Source: Scyliorhinus canicula
Lineage: Eukaryota
Direction: 5' to 3'
Assembly (NCBI RefSeq): GCF_902713615.1
Contig: NC_052146.1
Span: 17,066,938-17,130,937 of the forward strand
Length of the DNA: 64,000 nt
Part shown: piece after piece, positions 24,811-37,955 of the stretch
How positions within the stretch are numbered: position 1 is the first letter of the stretch
Layout: each line of letters begins with the position of its first letter
Notes under the pieces: generated by a model
Told to the model about the DNA's origin: nothing
Database searches by the model: none
The model's input: the letters and a program-made list of their open reading frames with translations, nothing else
Position numbers and translations under genes: made by a program

Positions 24811-27800
24811 TATGTCATGCAGACTCAAAACATTAACTCTGTTTCTCTCGGGGCGACACGGTGGCGGAGTGGTTAGCACTGCTACCTCATGCCGCCGGGG
24901 ACCCAGATTCGATCCCGGCCCTGGGTCATTGTCCATGTGGAGTTTGCACGTTCTCCCCGTGTCTGCCTGGGTCTCACCCCCACAACCCAAAGAGACAATC
25001 TGAGGCTAAAGGAACGATCCTTCAAAACAGAGATGAGGAGGAATTTCTTCAGCCAGAGGGTGGTGAATCTGTGGAACTCATTGCCGCAGAAGGCTGTGGA
25101 GGTCAAATCACTGAGTGTCTTTAAGACAGAGTTAGATAGGTTCTTGATTAATAAGGGGATCAGGGGTCATGGGGAGAAGACAGGAGAATGGGGATGAGAA
25201 ACATATCAGCCATGATTGAATTGGGGAGCAGACTCGATGGGCTGAGTGGCCTAATTCTGCGCTTGTGTTTTATGGTCGTATTTGCAGGCCTGGTGGATTG
25301 GCTATGCTAAATTGCCGCTTAATTGGAATTGTCTTTTTTAAAACTCTGTGTTTCTCTCTCTCTCTGCAGATGCTGCCAGACCTGCTGAGCTTTCCCAGCA
25401 TTTTCCGCTTTTTATTTGTTTTGCTTCATGTTGCCTTTGCGCCGCAGACATCCAGGGTACGTTCTCTCAAATTGGAGATATTGCTGTCAGCGTTTCTCGA
25501 GTTACTGCGCTTGTCCCCTGTTGATCTGAAATCTGACTGGCCAACAGAGGTGGAGGAGGCTACAATCTGCTCGGAGCTGGGATTTACTGCAGAAGTGGTT
25601 TCACCTCTGGGTTCTCCAAGTGAGGACATGAACTAATTTTTAGATGGGAACAAAGGCACATTAGTGTGCATAAAGAGGCAATTAGTGTAACAGTTTCAGA
25701 TTACATGAGGTTAAGGTGTTTTGCTATCATTGAAGGTACTCTTTACTTTATTGTGTTAAAAAAAACCTAACTGAACACACAACGGAATGTAAATTGCAGG
25801 GTTAAAGTTTAATGAAGAAACATTAGGATAATGTGATGCTTACACCCAATCGAATTACAGGGTTGTCTCTGACATTCCAATTAGATCAAGGCTGCTCTGT
25901 ATCCTGACTGTACCTACCCAGCTTTGTTGCATATCCTTTGCATGACATAAATCTGACCAATCTTAGTTTTGAAATTTTCCAATTGACCACCAGTTTTTTG
26001 CTGGCAGGGGGAGAGTTACAGAGTTTCACTGTCCTTTGTGTAAAAAATGTGCTCCCTGATTGTTACTGAAACAGCTTGTTTGAAGCTAGTGTGTGGGAAT
26101 GTGGCAGCCTTACCTGTCCTGGCCATGATGGTATCCGTGGTCCAATTGCTGGCTGGCATTAATGATCCCGGGCTCACACACGGGCAGTTGACTGAGTATC
26201 TGCTTCTGTTCCACCTTCATAGCGGTTCCCCCGCTGATAATACTTCATTTGTTCTGTCAGTATCTGTGAAGAAAAATGTTAGGCTAGGGCTTTGGATCAG
26301 ACTTATAGTCTACCTGCGACATTTGCTATATTTATTTCAGAATTTAAAAAAGTACTTTCAGTTTTTAAAAATTTTGTATCCGTAAATCCTCACCGGAATT
26401 TAAAAATGATGAAACGATTCTGTGTTTGAGTTGAATATATTGATTTGGCTTCTACCCATTGTAATTTATACTCGGGGAGTAGGGGTGATGGTGGCGTAGT
26501 GGTATTGCCACAGGACTGGTGTGCCAGAGACCTTGGGCAATGCTCTGGTGGACCCAGTTTAAATCTCGCCAACTGCAGATGGTGAAATTCTAGAATTTAA
26601 AAAAGTCTAATGATGACCATTGTCATAGAAACCTGGCCTACATGTGACTCCAGACCCACAGTAATGTGGTTGATCTTTCAAGGGCAATAAATGCAGGCCC
26701 TGCCTCATGGGGCTCATGAACAAATAAAAAAAAAACTACTATTCTCGTTCCACTCTGGAGACTTGAGCACAAAATGCTGGCTGCCACTCCAGTGGAGTTC
26801 TGAGGGAGTGCTGCGCTGTTGGAAGTGTTGCCTTTTGGATGCGATGTTAAGCTTCTCAAGTGGGTGCAAAGGTTATCTCTTGGTGTCCTGGCAAATATAT
26901 ATCCCTCAATCAACATTAGAGAAAGAGTATCTGGCCGTTGTCGTATTTCTGGAAAATTGCTGTGTGCATCTTTTTTCTAAAAACTTTTTAAAAAATAAAT
27001 TTAGAGTAACCAATTCATTTTTTTTTCAATTAAGGGCCAATTTAGCATGGCCAATCCACCTAGCCTCCACATCTTTTGGGTTGTGGGGGCGAAACCCACG
27101 CAAACACGGGGAGAATGTGCAAACTCCACACGGACAGTGACCCAGAGCCGGGATCAAACCTGGGACCTCGGCGCCATGAGGCAGCAGGGCTAACCACTGC
27201 GCCACCGTGCTGCCCTTGCTGTGCACATCTTTAGCATTTTCTGGCTCTGATGAAACTCTGCTTTTTTATTTTAGGCAATCACTGGGAATGAGTTCCTTCT
27301 CACTCATCCTTGTGATGTGTGCATCACTGGCAGGACCAGCCAGCCGTTATTGCCCAGTCCTGCGCTCAGGAACACAAACACAAAACCGAAGGTGCTGGAA
27401 AACTGAAATAGAGTTGGAAAATGCGGGAAACATTCCACGGGTGTGGCAGCATCTGCGAATCGAGAAAGTCCTGGTGCAGAGCTAGGGACATGAGGAAAAA
27501 TCTTCTGTACAGGCCGGGCTGTGAGGGTTGGGAATGCACTGCCTCAGTATGTGGTAGAGGCAGATTCAGTTTCCAGAGAAGGAACTGGGACATCACCGGA
27601 AAAGGGGAAAAGGTGTAGGACCATGATGCAAAGGCAGAGGATTTAATTGCTGTTGCAGAAGGCCAGAACAGACAAGATGGACTTCTCAGCTGCAACCATT
27701 CTATGGTTCTGTGACCTGAAAGGTTATCTCTGTTTCCCTCTCCACATGTACTGGCAGACTTGTTGAGCATTTACTTTTTAAAATTTTAGGTTAAAGGGTA

Positions 27801-30029
27801 AGTGTATGTTTTAATGGGGGGGGGGGGGGGGGGGGGTGGGAGAGTTGAGGTGGGGGTGGAGGAATACAGTGGAGGGTAATTAGAATTCCTACAGAGCAGA
27901 AGAAGGCCATTCGGCCCATCGGGTCTGCACGAACCCTCTGAAAGAGCACCCTACCTAGGGCACTCCCCCGCCCTATGCCCGTGACCCCAACTAACCTGCA
28001 CATCTTTGGACACTAAGGGGCAATTTAGCATGGCCAATCCTCCTAACCTGTACATCTTTGGACACTAAAAGGCAATTTAGCATGGCCAATGCACCTAATA
28101 TGCACATCTTTAGATTGTGGGAGGGAACCGGAGCAAACTCACGCAGACATGGGGAGAAGGTGCAAACTCCACACCGACAGTCGGCCAAGGCCGGAATCGA
28201 ACTGGGGTCCCCGGTGCTGTCAGGCAGCAGTGCTAACCACTGTGCCACCCTCAGGTTCCCTCTACCGATCCCTCAACAATTTTCCATTGAGTTGCATCAA
28301 ACCTGTCCACTCAATAGCGGATTTACACTTGTAAAATTACCGCAGTGCACAAATATTGCAGGTAGTTTAGCAGGATCCAGGTGTGTACTGGTGCTGCCTA
28401 ATCTGTTGTTGAAACAGCCATTCACACTTTATTTAGGTCTTTAATGGCCTATTCAGAGCAATCAGCCTGTGTTTGAATAACCTGATGGTCATTGATCTGC
28501 ATTTATGGCATGTGGTCCCACAAAAATCACAGTAAAAATCCTGCAATTCCAAGTAATGACAACGGAATTTGGATTATTAAATCATGGCGATTTGACAGGC
28601 CTAAATATAAAAAGGAGCGGAATCGCAGAGTGAAAACACTGAAAAGTCCCAGATAATCAAAAAGGGATTTGACTTTTCCAGTTACTGTAAATTGTTGGCG
28701 CTGCCAAGAATCATCATGGTGAGACCAGCATAGGGTTTGTTTTAATAAATATTTTCCCTCATTTGTTGTGGTGAAAGAACGGAGTTCACAGAAAGAAAAA
28801 TAAACATTCAGAATTGAAAGAGGAAGTAGCGCTGCTGCCCCCCAGCACCAGGGTCCCGGGTTCAATTCCGACCTCGGGTGACTGTGTGTGTGTGTGTATG
28901 TGTGTGTGTGGAGTTTGCACATTTTGCGTGGGTTTCCTCCGGGTGCTCTGGTTTCCTCTCACGGTCCAGGTTAGGTGGGGTTAGGGGGGAATGGGCCTGG
29001 GTTGGGTGCTCTTTCAGTGGTCAGTGCAGTCAATGGGTCAAGTGGTTTCCTTCTGCGCTGTCCGTGTTCTATAGTTCTAAGTAAGAAAGAAATAGGAGCA
29101 GGGCCTTTGTGCCTGGTCCGCCATTCAATATGATCCCGTCTGATCTTCCACCTCAATCCCAATTTCCCGCACTATTCCCATATCCCTTAATTCCCCAAAA
29201 TCTATCAATTTGTTTTGAATATACTGAACGACTGAGCATCCATAGGTCTCTGGGTAGAGAATTTTGAAGAGTCACACCTGTAGAAATTTCTCCTCATTTC
29301 AGTCCTAAATAGGCTAAGCCCGTGTTCCAGATTCCTCTGTCAAGGGAAATATTTTCTTCAGGATCTTACCCTGTCAAACAGCACAGTTGTTGGCACTGCT
29401 GCCTCACAGCGCCAGGGGGTTGGGTTCGATTGCCGCATTGAGTGACTGTGCGGGTTTCCTCCGGGTGCTGCTGTTTCCACCCACACACACTCCAAAGATG
29501 TGCAAGTTGTGTGGATTGGAGGTGATCACTGCATGAGGTTACAGGGATCGGGCCGGGGAGTGGGTCTGGATAGGGGCTCTTTCAGTGGGGTGAAGACTCG
29601 AGGGGCTGAATGACCTCCTCTGCACTGTAGGGATTCCATGGAATCCATGCCCCTGAGGATATTTGATATGTTTCACTTGGATCACCTCGCACTCTTCTGA
29701 ATTCCAGAGAATCATAAAATCATAGAATTTACAGTGCAGAAGACAGGTCTTGTCCGGGCAACATGGCGGCGCAGTAGGTTAGCCCTGCTGCCTCACGGCG
29801 CCAAGGTCCCAGGTTTGGTCCCGGCTCTGGGTCACTGTCCATGTGGAGTTTGCATATTCTCCCTGAATTTGCGTGGGTTTTGCCCCCACAACCCAAAAGA
29901 TGTGCAGGGTTGGAGGATTGGCCACGCTAAATTGCCCCTTAATTGGAAAAATGAATTGGGTACTCTAAAAAAAATTTTTTTTTTAAATACAGGCTTTGTC
30001 CACTCAATCTCTCATTCCAAGCAACAGTC

Positions 30030-31105
30030 TATAAGACCACAAGACATAGGAGCAGAATTAGGCCACTCAGCCCATCGAAATTGCTCCGCCATTCAATCAT
30101 GGCAGATATTTCTCTCATCCCCATTCTCCTGCCTTCTCCCCTGACCCCCTTCTTAGTGCAGAACCGATCTATCACTGTTTTAGAACATAGAACAGTACAG
30201 CACAGAACAGGCCCTTCGGCCCTCGATGTTGTGCCGAGCAATGATCACCCTACTCAAACCCACGTATCCACCCTATACCCGTAACCCAACAACCCCCCCC
30301 CCCCCTTAACCTTACTTTTTAGGACACTACGGGCAATTTAGCATGGCCAATCCACCTAACCCGCACATCTTTGGTTTTAGGGGCAGCACGGTAGCATTGT
30401 GGATAGCACAATCGCTTCACAGCTCCAGGGTCCCAGGTTCAATTCCCGGCTTGGGTCATTGTCTGTGCGGAGTCTGCACATCCTCCCCGTGTGGGCGTGG
30501 GTTTCCTCCGGGTGCTCCGGTTTCCTCCCACAGTCCAAAGACGTGCAGGTTAGGTGGATTGGCCATGATAAATTGCCCTTAGTGTCCAAAATTGCCCTTA
30601 GTGTTGGGTGGGGTTACTGAGTTATGGGGATAGGGTGGAGGTGTTGACCTTGGGTAGGGTGCTCTTTCCAAGAGCCGGTGCAGGCTCGATGGGCTGAATG
30701 GCCTCCTTCTGCACTGTAAATTCTATGTAAATCTATGTAAAGACACTCAGTGATTTGGCCTCCACAGCCTTGTACAGCAAAGAGTTCCATAGATTTACCA
30801 CCCTCTGGCTGAAGAAATTCCTCCTCATCTCTGTTTTAAAGGATCGTCCCTTTAGTCTGAGATTGTGTCCTCTGGTTCTAGTACTTCCCACAAGTGGAAA
30901 CATCCTCGCCACATCCACTTTATCCAGGCCTTGTTTCAATAAGATTCAATAAGATTCCCCCTCATCTTTCTGAACTCCAGTGAGTACAGACCCAGAGCCT
31001 GCAACCGTTCCTCGTACGACATGTTCTTCATTCCAGGGATCATTCTTGTGAACCTCCTCTGGACCCTTCCAAGGCCAGCACATCCTTTCTAAGATACGGG
31101 ACCTG
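30030..31105 (-). mobile_element. CR1 (HER1-like) LINE 3' fragment interrupted by SINEs
   Basis: GLDKVDVARMFPLVGSTRTRGHNLRLKGRSFKTEMRRNFFSQRVVNLWNSL; the tail continues at 30030-30180. Confidence 0.85.
30379..30730 (+). mobile_element. Full-length HE1-type SINE with CR1-like tail (representative; also 38067-38420 -, 55833-56165 +, 63629-63978 +)
   Basis: Head, V core and tail ending gatgggctgaatggcctccttctgcactgtaaattctatg, which is shared with CR1 3' ends. Confidence 0.85.
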
Positions 31106-32448
31106 GTCTGGGCCAACACATTCATATACAAAGGAGTCAGTACCCCTAGGAAACCCAGTACACACTAAGATCTACCACCCAACCTGCCCCATTACTCAAT
31201 AACCAGTGCTAACCACTGTGCAACCGTGCCGTCCCAGGGAGCAGAGTGAACAGGTAATACGAATGTCAATGCTTTAATACAGAGTGCGCTGGGGGAGTGG
31301 ATAATTAGAGCCACAAAGTGTCTGCTCAGTTCAGTGGTAGCATTCCTCCTCTAAATCAGATGACCAGGGATTCAAATCTTGCTCCAGGGAGTTGAAAACA
31401 GGGAGAAGTGACAAATGGTTATTTTTCAGATTGGAGTAAGATTTATAGTGACGTTCTCCAGCCAATCTTCATCCAGAAGTGCCGGGTGAAAAAAATGAAA
31501 AAATGAAAATCGCTTATTGTCACGAGCAGGTTTCAATGAAGTTACTGTGAAAAGCCCCTAGTCGCCACATTCTGGCACCTGTCCGGGGAGGCTGGTACGG
31601 GAATCGAACCGTGCTGCTGGCCTGCTTGGTCTGCTTTAAAAGCCAGTGATTTAGCCCAGTGAGCTAAACCAGCCCCTAAACCAGCCCCATCTCAGACTCG
31701 TCCGATGTCCCCAGCATCACAGATGCCAATTCATTCACTCCACATGGGCGGCAGTGGTTAGCACTGTTGCTTCACAGCTCCAGAGTCCAAGGTTCGATTC
31801 CCGGCTTGGGTCACTGTCTGTGCGGAGTCTGCGCGTTTCCCCCCGTGTCGGCGTGGGTTTCCTCCCGGTGCTCTGGTTTCCACCTATAAGTCCCGAAAGA
31901 CGTGCTTGTTAGGTGAATTGGCCATTCTGAATTTTCCCTCGGTGTACCCGAACAGGCGCCGGAGTGTGGCGACTAGGGGCTTTTCACAGATGTCATTTTA
32001 CTACTTCACATCTCCAAAAAAAAACATTGAGTTTTAAAAGCGATGAGTCATTTCTGTGCCAGGTTTCACCAATTTAGATTCACAAGTTTGTATTTAGTTT
32101 AACGGAAGGTTCAAGTGAACCAAAAATAAACGTTTATTTCTGAAGCTGTGAGCAATTGCAGTACACAGTGGGTTTAACAATGAATTTATTGTACCAAAGT
32201 TCAAAAAATGGTATTTACAGGCGGAAACAAAAAGACAGGTACTTAACGGAATGGTCAATTTCTTAAAACTGGCAGCAACATCCAAAACATCTGCAAGATT
32301 CACTGCAAGAACTCACCAGATTTCCTTAGACAGCGCCTTCCAAACTCGCAGCCACTGCCAACAAGGACCGGCAAGGGCAGAAGGAACTTGGGAACATCAC
32401 CGCCTGGAAGTTACCCTCCAAGCCACTCGTCATCCTGACTTGGTAACA

Positions 32449-32787
32449 CAGGGGTGGGCAAACTACGGCCCGCCAAAGGTCTTTATGCGGCCCACCAAGA
32501 ATTTTTTTTTTTTAATTTTAAGGTTAATATGGGGGGGCTGTTGGGTTACTGGTATAGGGTGGATACGTTGACTTGAGTAGGGTGATCATTGCTCGGCACA
32601 ACATGTGTTTCATGTGAAGTTTCTACTTTAAAATATTAATTAATAAAAATTAATTGTTTTTTTTCTTTAAAAACCTTTTATTTTGGCTATTTTAAATATT
32701 AATTATTTTACTTAATATACTATGCGGCCCTTTAAAATTGTGAATTTCTGAATGTGGCCCTTGCACGGAAAAGTTTGCCCACCCCTG
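32449..32787. mobile_element. Non-autonomous hAT (Charlie-like) MITE
   Basis: Perfect TIRs caggggtgggcaaact / agtttgcccacccctg and a perfect 8-bp TSD tggtaaca (32441-32448, 32788-32795). Confidence 0.92.
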
Positions 32788-33229
32788 TGGTAACATATCA
32801 GCCGTTCCTTCACAGTCGCGAGGTCAACATCCTGGAACTCCCTCCCAAACAGCACAGTGGGTGGACCTACACCACATAGACTGCAGCGGTTCCAGAAGAT
32901 AGCTCACCACCACCTTCCCAGGGGCAATTAAGAATGGGTATAAAATGCTGGCCAAGCCAGCGGTGGCCACATTCCATCAGTGAAGTTTAAAAAGTATTAA
33001 TGAGGGGCAACACGGTGGCGCAGTGGGTTAGCCCTGCAGCCTCACGGCGCGGAGGTCCCGGGTTTAATCCCGGCTCTGGGTCACTGTCCGTGTGGAGTTT
33101 GCACATTCTCCCCGTGTTTGCGTGGGTTTCACCCCCACAACCCAAAAATATGCAGGGTAGGTGGATTGGCCACGCTAAATTGCCCCCTTAATTGGAAAAA
33201 ATGAATTGGGTACTCTAAATTTTTTTTAA

Positions 33230-34050
33230 AAGTATTAATGAGGCATTGAGTACAAGTGTAAGGAGGTCATGTTGAACTTGTATAAAACCCTAGGTAGGCC
33301 TCATCTGGAGTACTGTGTCTGGGCATCATAATTGAGGAAGGAATTAAAGGCCTTGGAGTGAGTTACAGAAGAGATTCGCAAGAATGATCTCAAGGATAAA
33401 GAAGAGTAATGATAAGGGCAGATTGGAGAGGTTGGGATGGTTTTCCTCGAGGAAAGAAGGCTGAGAGGTATTCAAGACGCTGAGGGGTATTGGCAGGGTA
33501 AATGCTGAGAAACTGTTCCTACTCGAGACAACATCAGGAGCACGAGTGCACAGATTCAAAATAATTGGCAAAAGATGTAAAAATGTAGGGCAGCACGGTG
33601 GCGCAGTGCAGTCTCACGGCGCTGAGGTCCCAGGTTCGATCCCGGCTCTGGGTCACTGTCCGTGTGGAGTTTGCACATTCTCCCCGAGTTTGCGTGGGCT
33701 TCGCCCCCACAACCCAAAGATGTGCAGGGTAGGTGGATTGGCCATGCTAAATTGCCCCTTAATTGGAAAAAATTAATTTGGTATTTTAAATTTTTTTTTT
33801 AAATGTAAAAAGATGACGATTTTCTTTTCCCCCCCTATGTGGGTGGCTGGCGTCTGGAACAAACATCCTGACAGGGAGGTGGAGGCCGGTTCGATTGAGG
33901 TATGCAAAAGGGAATTGGATTGTTATCCGAAAAGAATGTGCAATGTTACGGGGATAAGGCAAGGGAGTGGGTCTAGGTAGAGTACTCGTTCAGAGAGCCT
34001 GTGCAGACTGATGGGCCAAATGGCCTCCTTCTGCACTGTGAAGGTTCTGT
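33230..34050 (+). mobile_element. Old CR1 LINE fragment with a nested SINE
   Basis: EYK-KEVMLNLYKTL-RPHLEYC-like stretch, the TR-H-FK motif and a CR1 tail. Confidence 0.65.
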
Positions 34051-37000
34051 GATATTAATGCAAGTTCTTTCTTTTCAATGCAGGGTACTATTCTCTTTTA
34101 CATCTTTGCCCTGAATTCACCGCCTCCTGCATTGCGGGTGCCAAACCTTCAACCCATCAGATATTTCTCTTACTTTGTGGTTTAACTACTTTGGTATGAC
34201 ACTAAAAAGAATAAATAATCTTGCATATACATAGCGCATTTCATATCCTCACGATGCCTCAGTGAGGTATTGCTTTGACTTACTTTTGAACAGTCCGAAC
34301 ACAACTTCTCCTTATAACTGCCTTTCATCCCCAGTAACTCATTTTTTAAAGCTAAGTTGTGTTCATCACCATGCTGCTTCTGAGGAATTGCTGAAACATA
34401 TAACTCTTACAGTGCAGAATGAGGTCCTCCAGCCCATTGTGTCTGCACTGACCCTCTGAAAGTGCACCCTACCTTTGCTCTATCCCTGTAACCCCACCTA
34501 ATTTGCACATCATTAGACACTAAGGGACAATTTAGCATGGCCAATCCACCTGACCTGCATATCCTTGGACTGTGGGAGGAAACTGGAGGAAACCCGAAGG
34601 GACCCCACACAAACACGGGGAGAAAGTGAAAACTCCACAGTCACCCAAGGCCAGAATTGAACCCGGGATGCTTTGAGGCAGCAGTGCTAACCGCTGTGCC
34701 ACCGTGCCGCCCCTGCTCTCAGAACATGCTCTCACCTAGCCAGGGTTCAAGTCAATGCTCGTCAGTTGTCCAATGGTCAAATTGTAGCTATGTTCCTGGG
34801 AGGGGGAAGGAACGTTAGTGACGTCTCTTCCTACTGAGAGTTCCAAAGTGACATACCTGGTAATGAACGGTTACAATTCAGTTTGATCTTCCATTGCACG
34901 GGTCTGTAATACTCCAGGCCATTGTTGAAGAATGGTCAGTCAGGGCGGCTCATAAATGGAGACATAGAGCTATCTGTGCAACTTGAGCTCTTGCTGCTCA
35001 GCTCCAGATGACCAGACAAGTTACTGGCCTAATTGGTAAGTGTTAGCAGCTAAACAGTCAACAGCAATCTTACCGGTGGTCAGAAAGGTTTTCGACTTCA
35101 ATAAACCAGTACTTATACAAGGCTTTCTAAGTGTTCACTCTTGCAGGGAGCACCTCAACAGCTTAGGGGAAGATGGTGGCGCCATGGTATGTATTATCAT
35201 TAGACTAATAACCCAGAGATTGAATGTAATGATCTGGAGACCTGGGTTCAAATCCCACAAAAACAGATGGTGGAATTTGAATGTAATAAAAATCTGAAAT
35301 TTTAAAGTTAGAACTAAAATATAACGCTAATGAGGTTATAAAAATCCCATCTGGTTCATTAATGTCCTGGCCGACATGTGGCTCCAGATCCACAACAATG
35401 TTGTTGACTCTTCTGAAGCCTATGAGATGGCCACAAAGTTCACAGGAATATTGGGAATGGGTAACAAATGTCCAGGAAAGAATGCTTGCTAGTGATGCCC
35501 AGGAAATAATTCTTTAAATCTCTGTTGTTAGGTAAGTGTACACACTGTGTTGGATGAACAGAAAATCTGACTTGTGGAAATAACTCAATCGCTTGATTTT
35601 TGACTTCTCACTGAGAATAATTCCCATTGTTTCAACCGAAACAATAAGGTACAAGTGTGTTTCTGCAGCACAGCCTCAACCATAGATGCAAACAGCGCGT
35701 GGATTAAGCGTCATACATTTCTGCTTGGTCAGACGGGTTAGTAAAACTTAGAAATGAGTCAACGGTAAAGATGATTGTTTTTTCCCCATGCGTCTCTCAG
35801 ACATACCTCAAATGCTTCAGGCCTCCTTTGCTGCTAACTCTGCTGAAGTTCACAGGGCCAGAAGGCAGGTCAGAAGAGGACCTTATGTGGCGCTGTGGTT
35901 AGCACTGGGCCTGCGGCACCGAGGACCCGGGTTCGAATCCCGGCTCTGGGTCACTGTCCATGTGGAGTTTGCACATTCTCCGCATGTCTACATGGGTTTC
36001 ACCCCGACAACCCAAAGATGTGCATGTTAGGTGAATTGGCCATGCTAAATTGCCCCTTAACTGGAAAAAAAATAATAATTGGGTACTCTAAGTTTATAAA
36101 AGAAAAAGAGGACCTTCTGTGATGTGGGAATGTATCGATTGCACTTTATTGAAGACCTTGGAAATGACAACAGTGACTGGTTAGCTCGAGGGGTGGGCCA
36201 GGTGCAGTGTTTCTCCTCTGCAAAAAAATCCATAGAGTCCCTACAGTGCAGAAGGAGGCCATTCGGCCCATCGGATATGCACTGACCCTCTGAAAGAACA
36301 CCCTACCTAGGCCCACCCCCACACATTAGTCAAGGCTAATCCATCTGACATGCAGGTCTTTTGGACCGAGAGGGGAAACCGGAGCATCCGGAGGAAACCA
36401 CGCAGTCACCCAAGGCCGGAATCGACTCCGGCTGGGCCCCTGCCGCTGTGAGGTGGCAGTGCTAACCATTGTATCATTTAAAAAAATAAATTTAGAGTAT
36501 CCAATTCATTTTTTCCAATTAAGGGCCAATTTAGCGGCGCCAATCCACCTCCCCTGCACATCTTTTGGGTTGTGGGGGCGAAACCCACGCAAACACGGGG
36601 AGAATGTGCAAACTCCACATGGACAGTGACCCAGAGCCGGGATCGAACCTGGGACCTCGGCGCCGTGAGGCAACTGTGCTAATCACTGTGCCGCCGTGCT
36701 GCCCTCACCATTGTGCCACCATGACACTCCTCTTCCAGAAGATCTTTGTAAGTGGCCACTTTAACTACTACCTCACTGCCCATTTAACCCTATCGATGCG
36801 TAGATTATCTCAGTAAAATTATCACCTCATTTAGGGATCAGAGGGACTGATGCTCATGAATAAAAGCAATGCAAAAGGCAGAATAAGATCAGACAGAAAC
36901 CAGTCGACCTATTGTCACCAACACACATTTATTTAAACTCCGAGAATGTGACACTGGATAACATTGTGTTTTCTTAAAATTACAGCACATTGAACAAAAC

Positions 37001-37679
37001 GTCTTACACACGGTGGGAACACTCGCACACACCAGCGATTCAACCTTGCCAAACCGCGAGGCTGCTATGGACAAGCTCGGAATTGGGTTCAAATCAGAAT
37101 TCGGTTCAAATAAATCAGTGCCCCCTCCCCAGCCCTCCTTCAGATGGGCAACATACTGACTCAAAAGTAGCTAAATTATCGCATTGGCCAAGTTAGACTG
37201 ACAGACGTAATGACGCATCGCACATGTACATTTACCCCCGGAAAATGGGGGCCGGGTACTTGTGTTTTCTTTTCCAAAGTGAGTGGCAGAGAATAATTTT
37301 CTTGCACTGCTGAAAAAAATTACCAAAAATCTGGCACCAGCAGTATGGATAGCCAAAACACACCAACTCCTAGATACACTGGGATAAGTCTCTCCATCTG
37401 CGTGCATGGAGTGCAGTATTTTTAAAAGAACTTGAATATATGTGGTAAGGGGCAGCATGGTGGCACACTGGTTAGCACTGCAGCCTCACGGAGCTGAGGG
37501 TCCATGTTCGATCCCGGCCCTGGGTCACTATCCGTGCGGAGTTTGCACATTCTCCCCTTGTCTGCATGGGTTTCACCCCCACAACCCAAAGATGTGGAGG
37601 GTAGGTGGATTGGTCTCCCGACATTGCCCCTCAATTGGTAAAAATGAATTGGGTACTCTAAATTTATTAAGAAAAAGAA

Positions 37680-37955
37680 TATATGTGGCACGTTTCACAA
37701 TCACAGGATGCCTGGTAGTGTTTTACGGATAATGGCGGGCCTTTCATTGTTGTGGTACGGAAAAGGGAGCAGCCAATTTTGTATAGAAGCTCCCCCAGAC
37801 ACACATTAACAAGATAACCCCTGTCAGTGATGTTGCGTGATGGATAAATATCTGCCACGACTCTGTGGAGCAGCGTTCCTGCTTCTCCTCAAAATGAGAT
37901 CTTTTACATCTATCTGAGGGCAGATGGGGCTTCACATCTCATCTGAAAACAGGGC
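37680..37955 (-). mobile_element. Old DeuSINE/SacSINE1-like copy (similar copies at about 180-420 and, opposite strand, 26740-26930)
   Basis: gagatcttttacatctatctgaggggcagatggggc resembles the reverse complement of the Deu-domain core; recognised from memory only. Confidence 0.45.

Noticed and set aside
25426-25629. 67-aa Ser-rich minus-strand ORF
   Set aside because: No convincing splice sites or homology; cannot be linked in frame to the novel gene, which has its own signal-peptide start.
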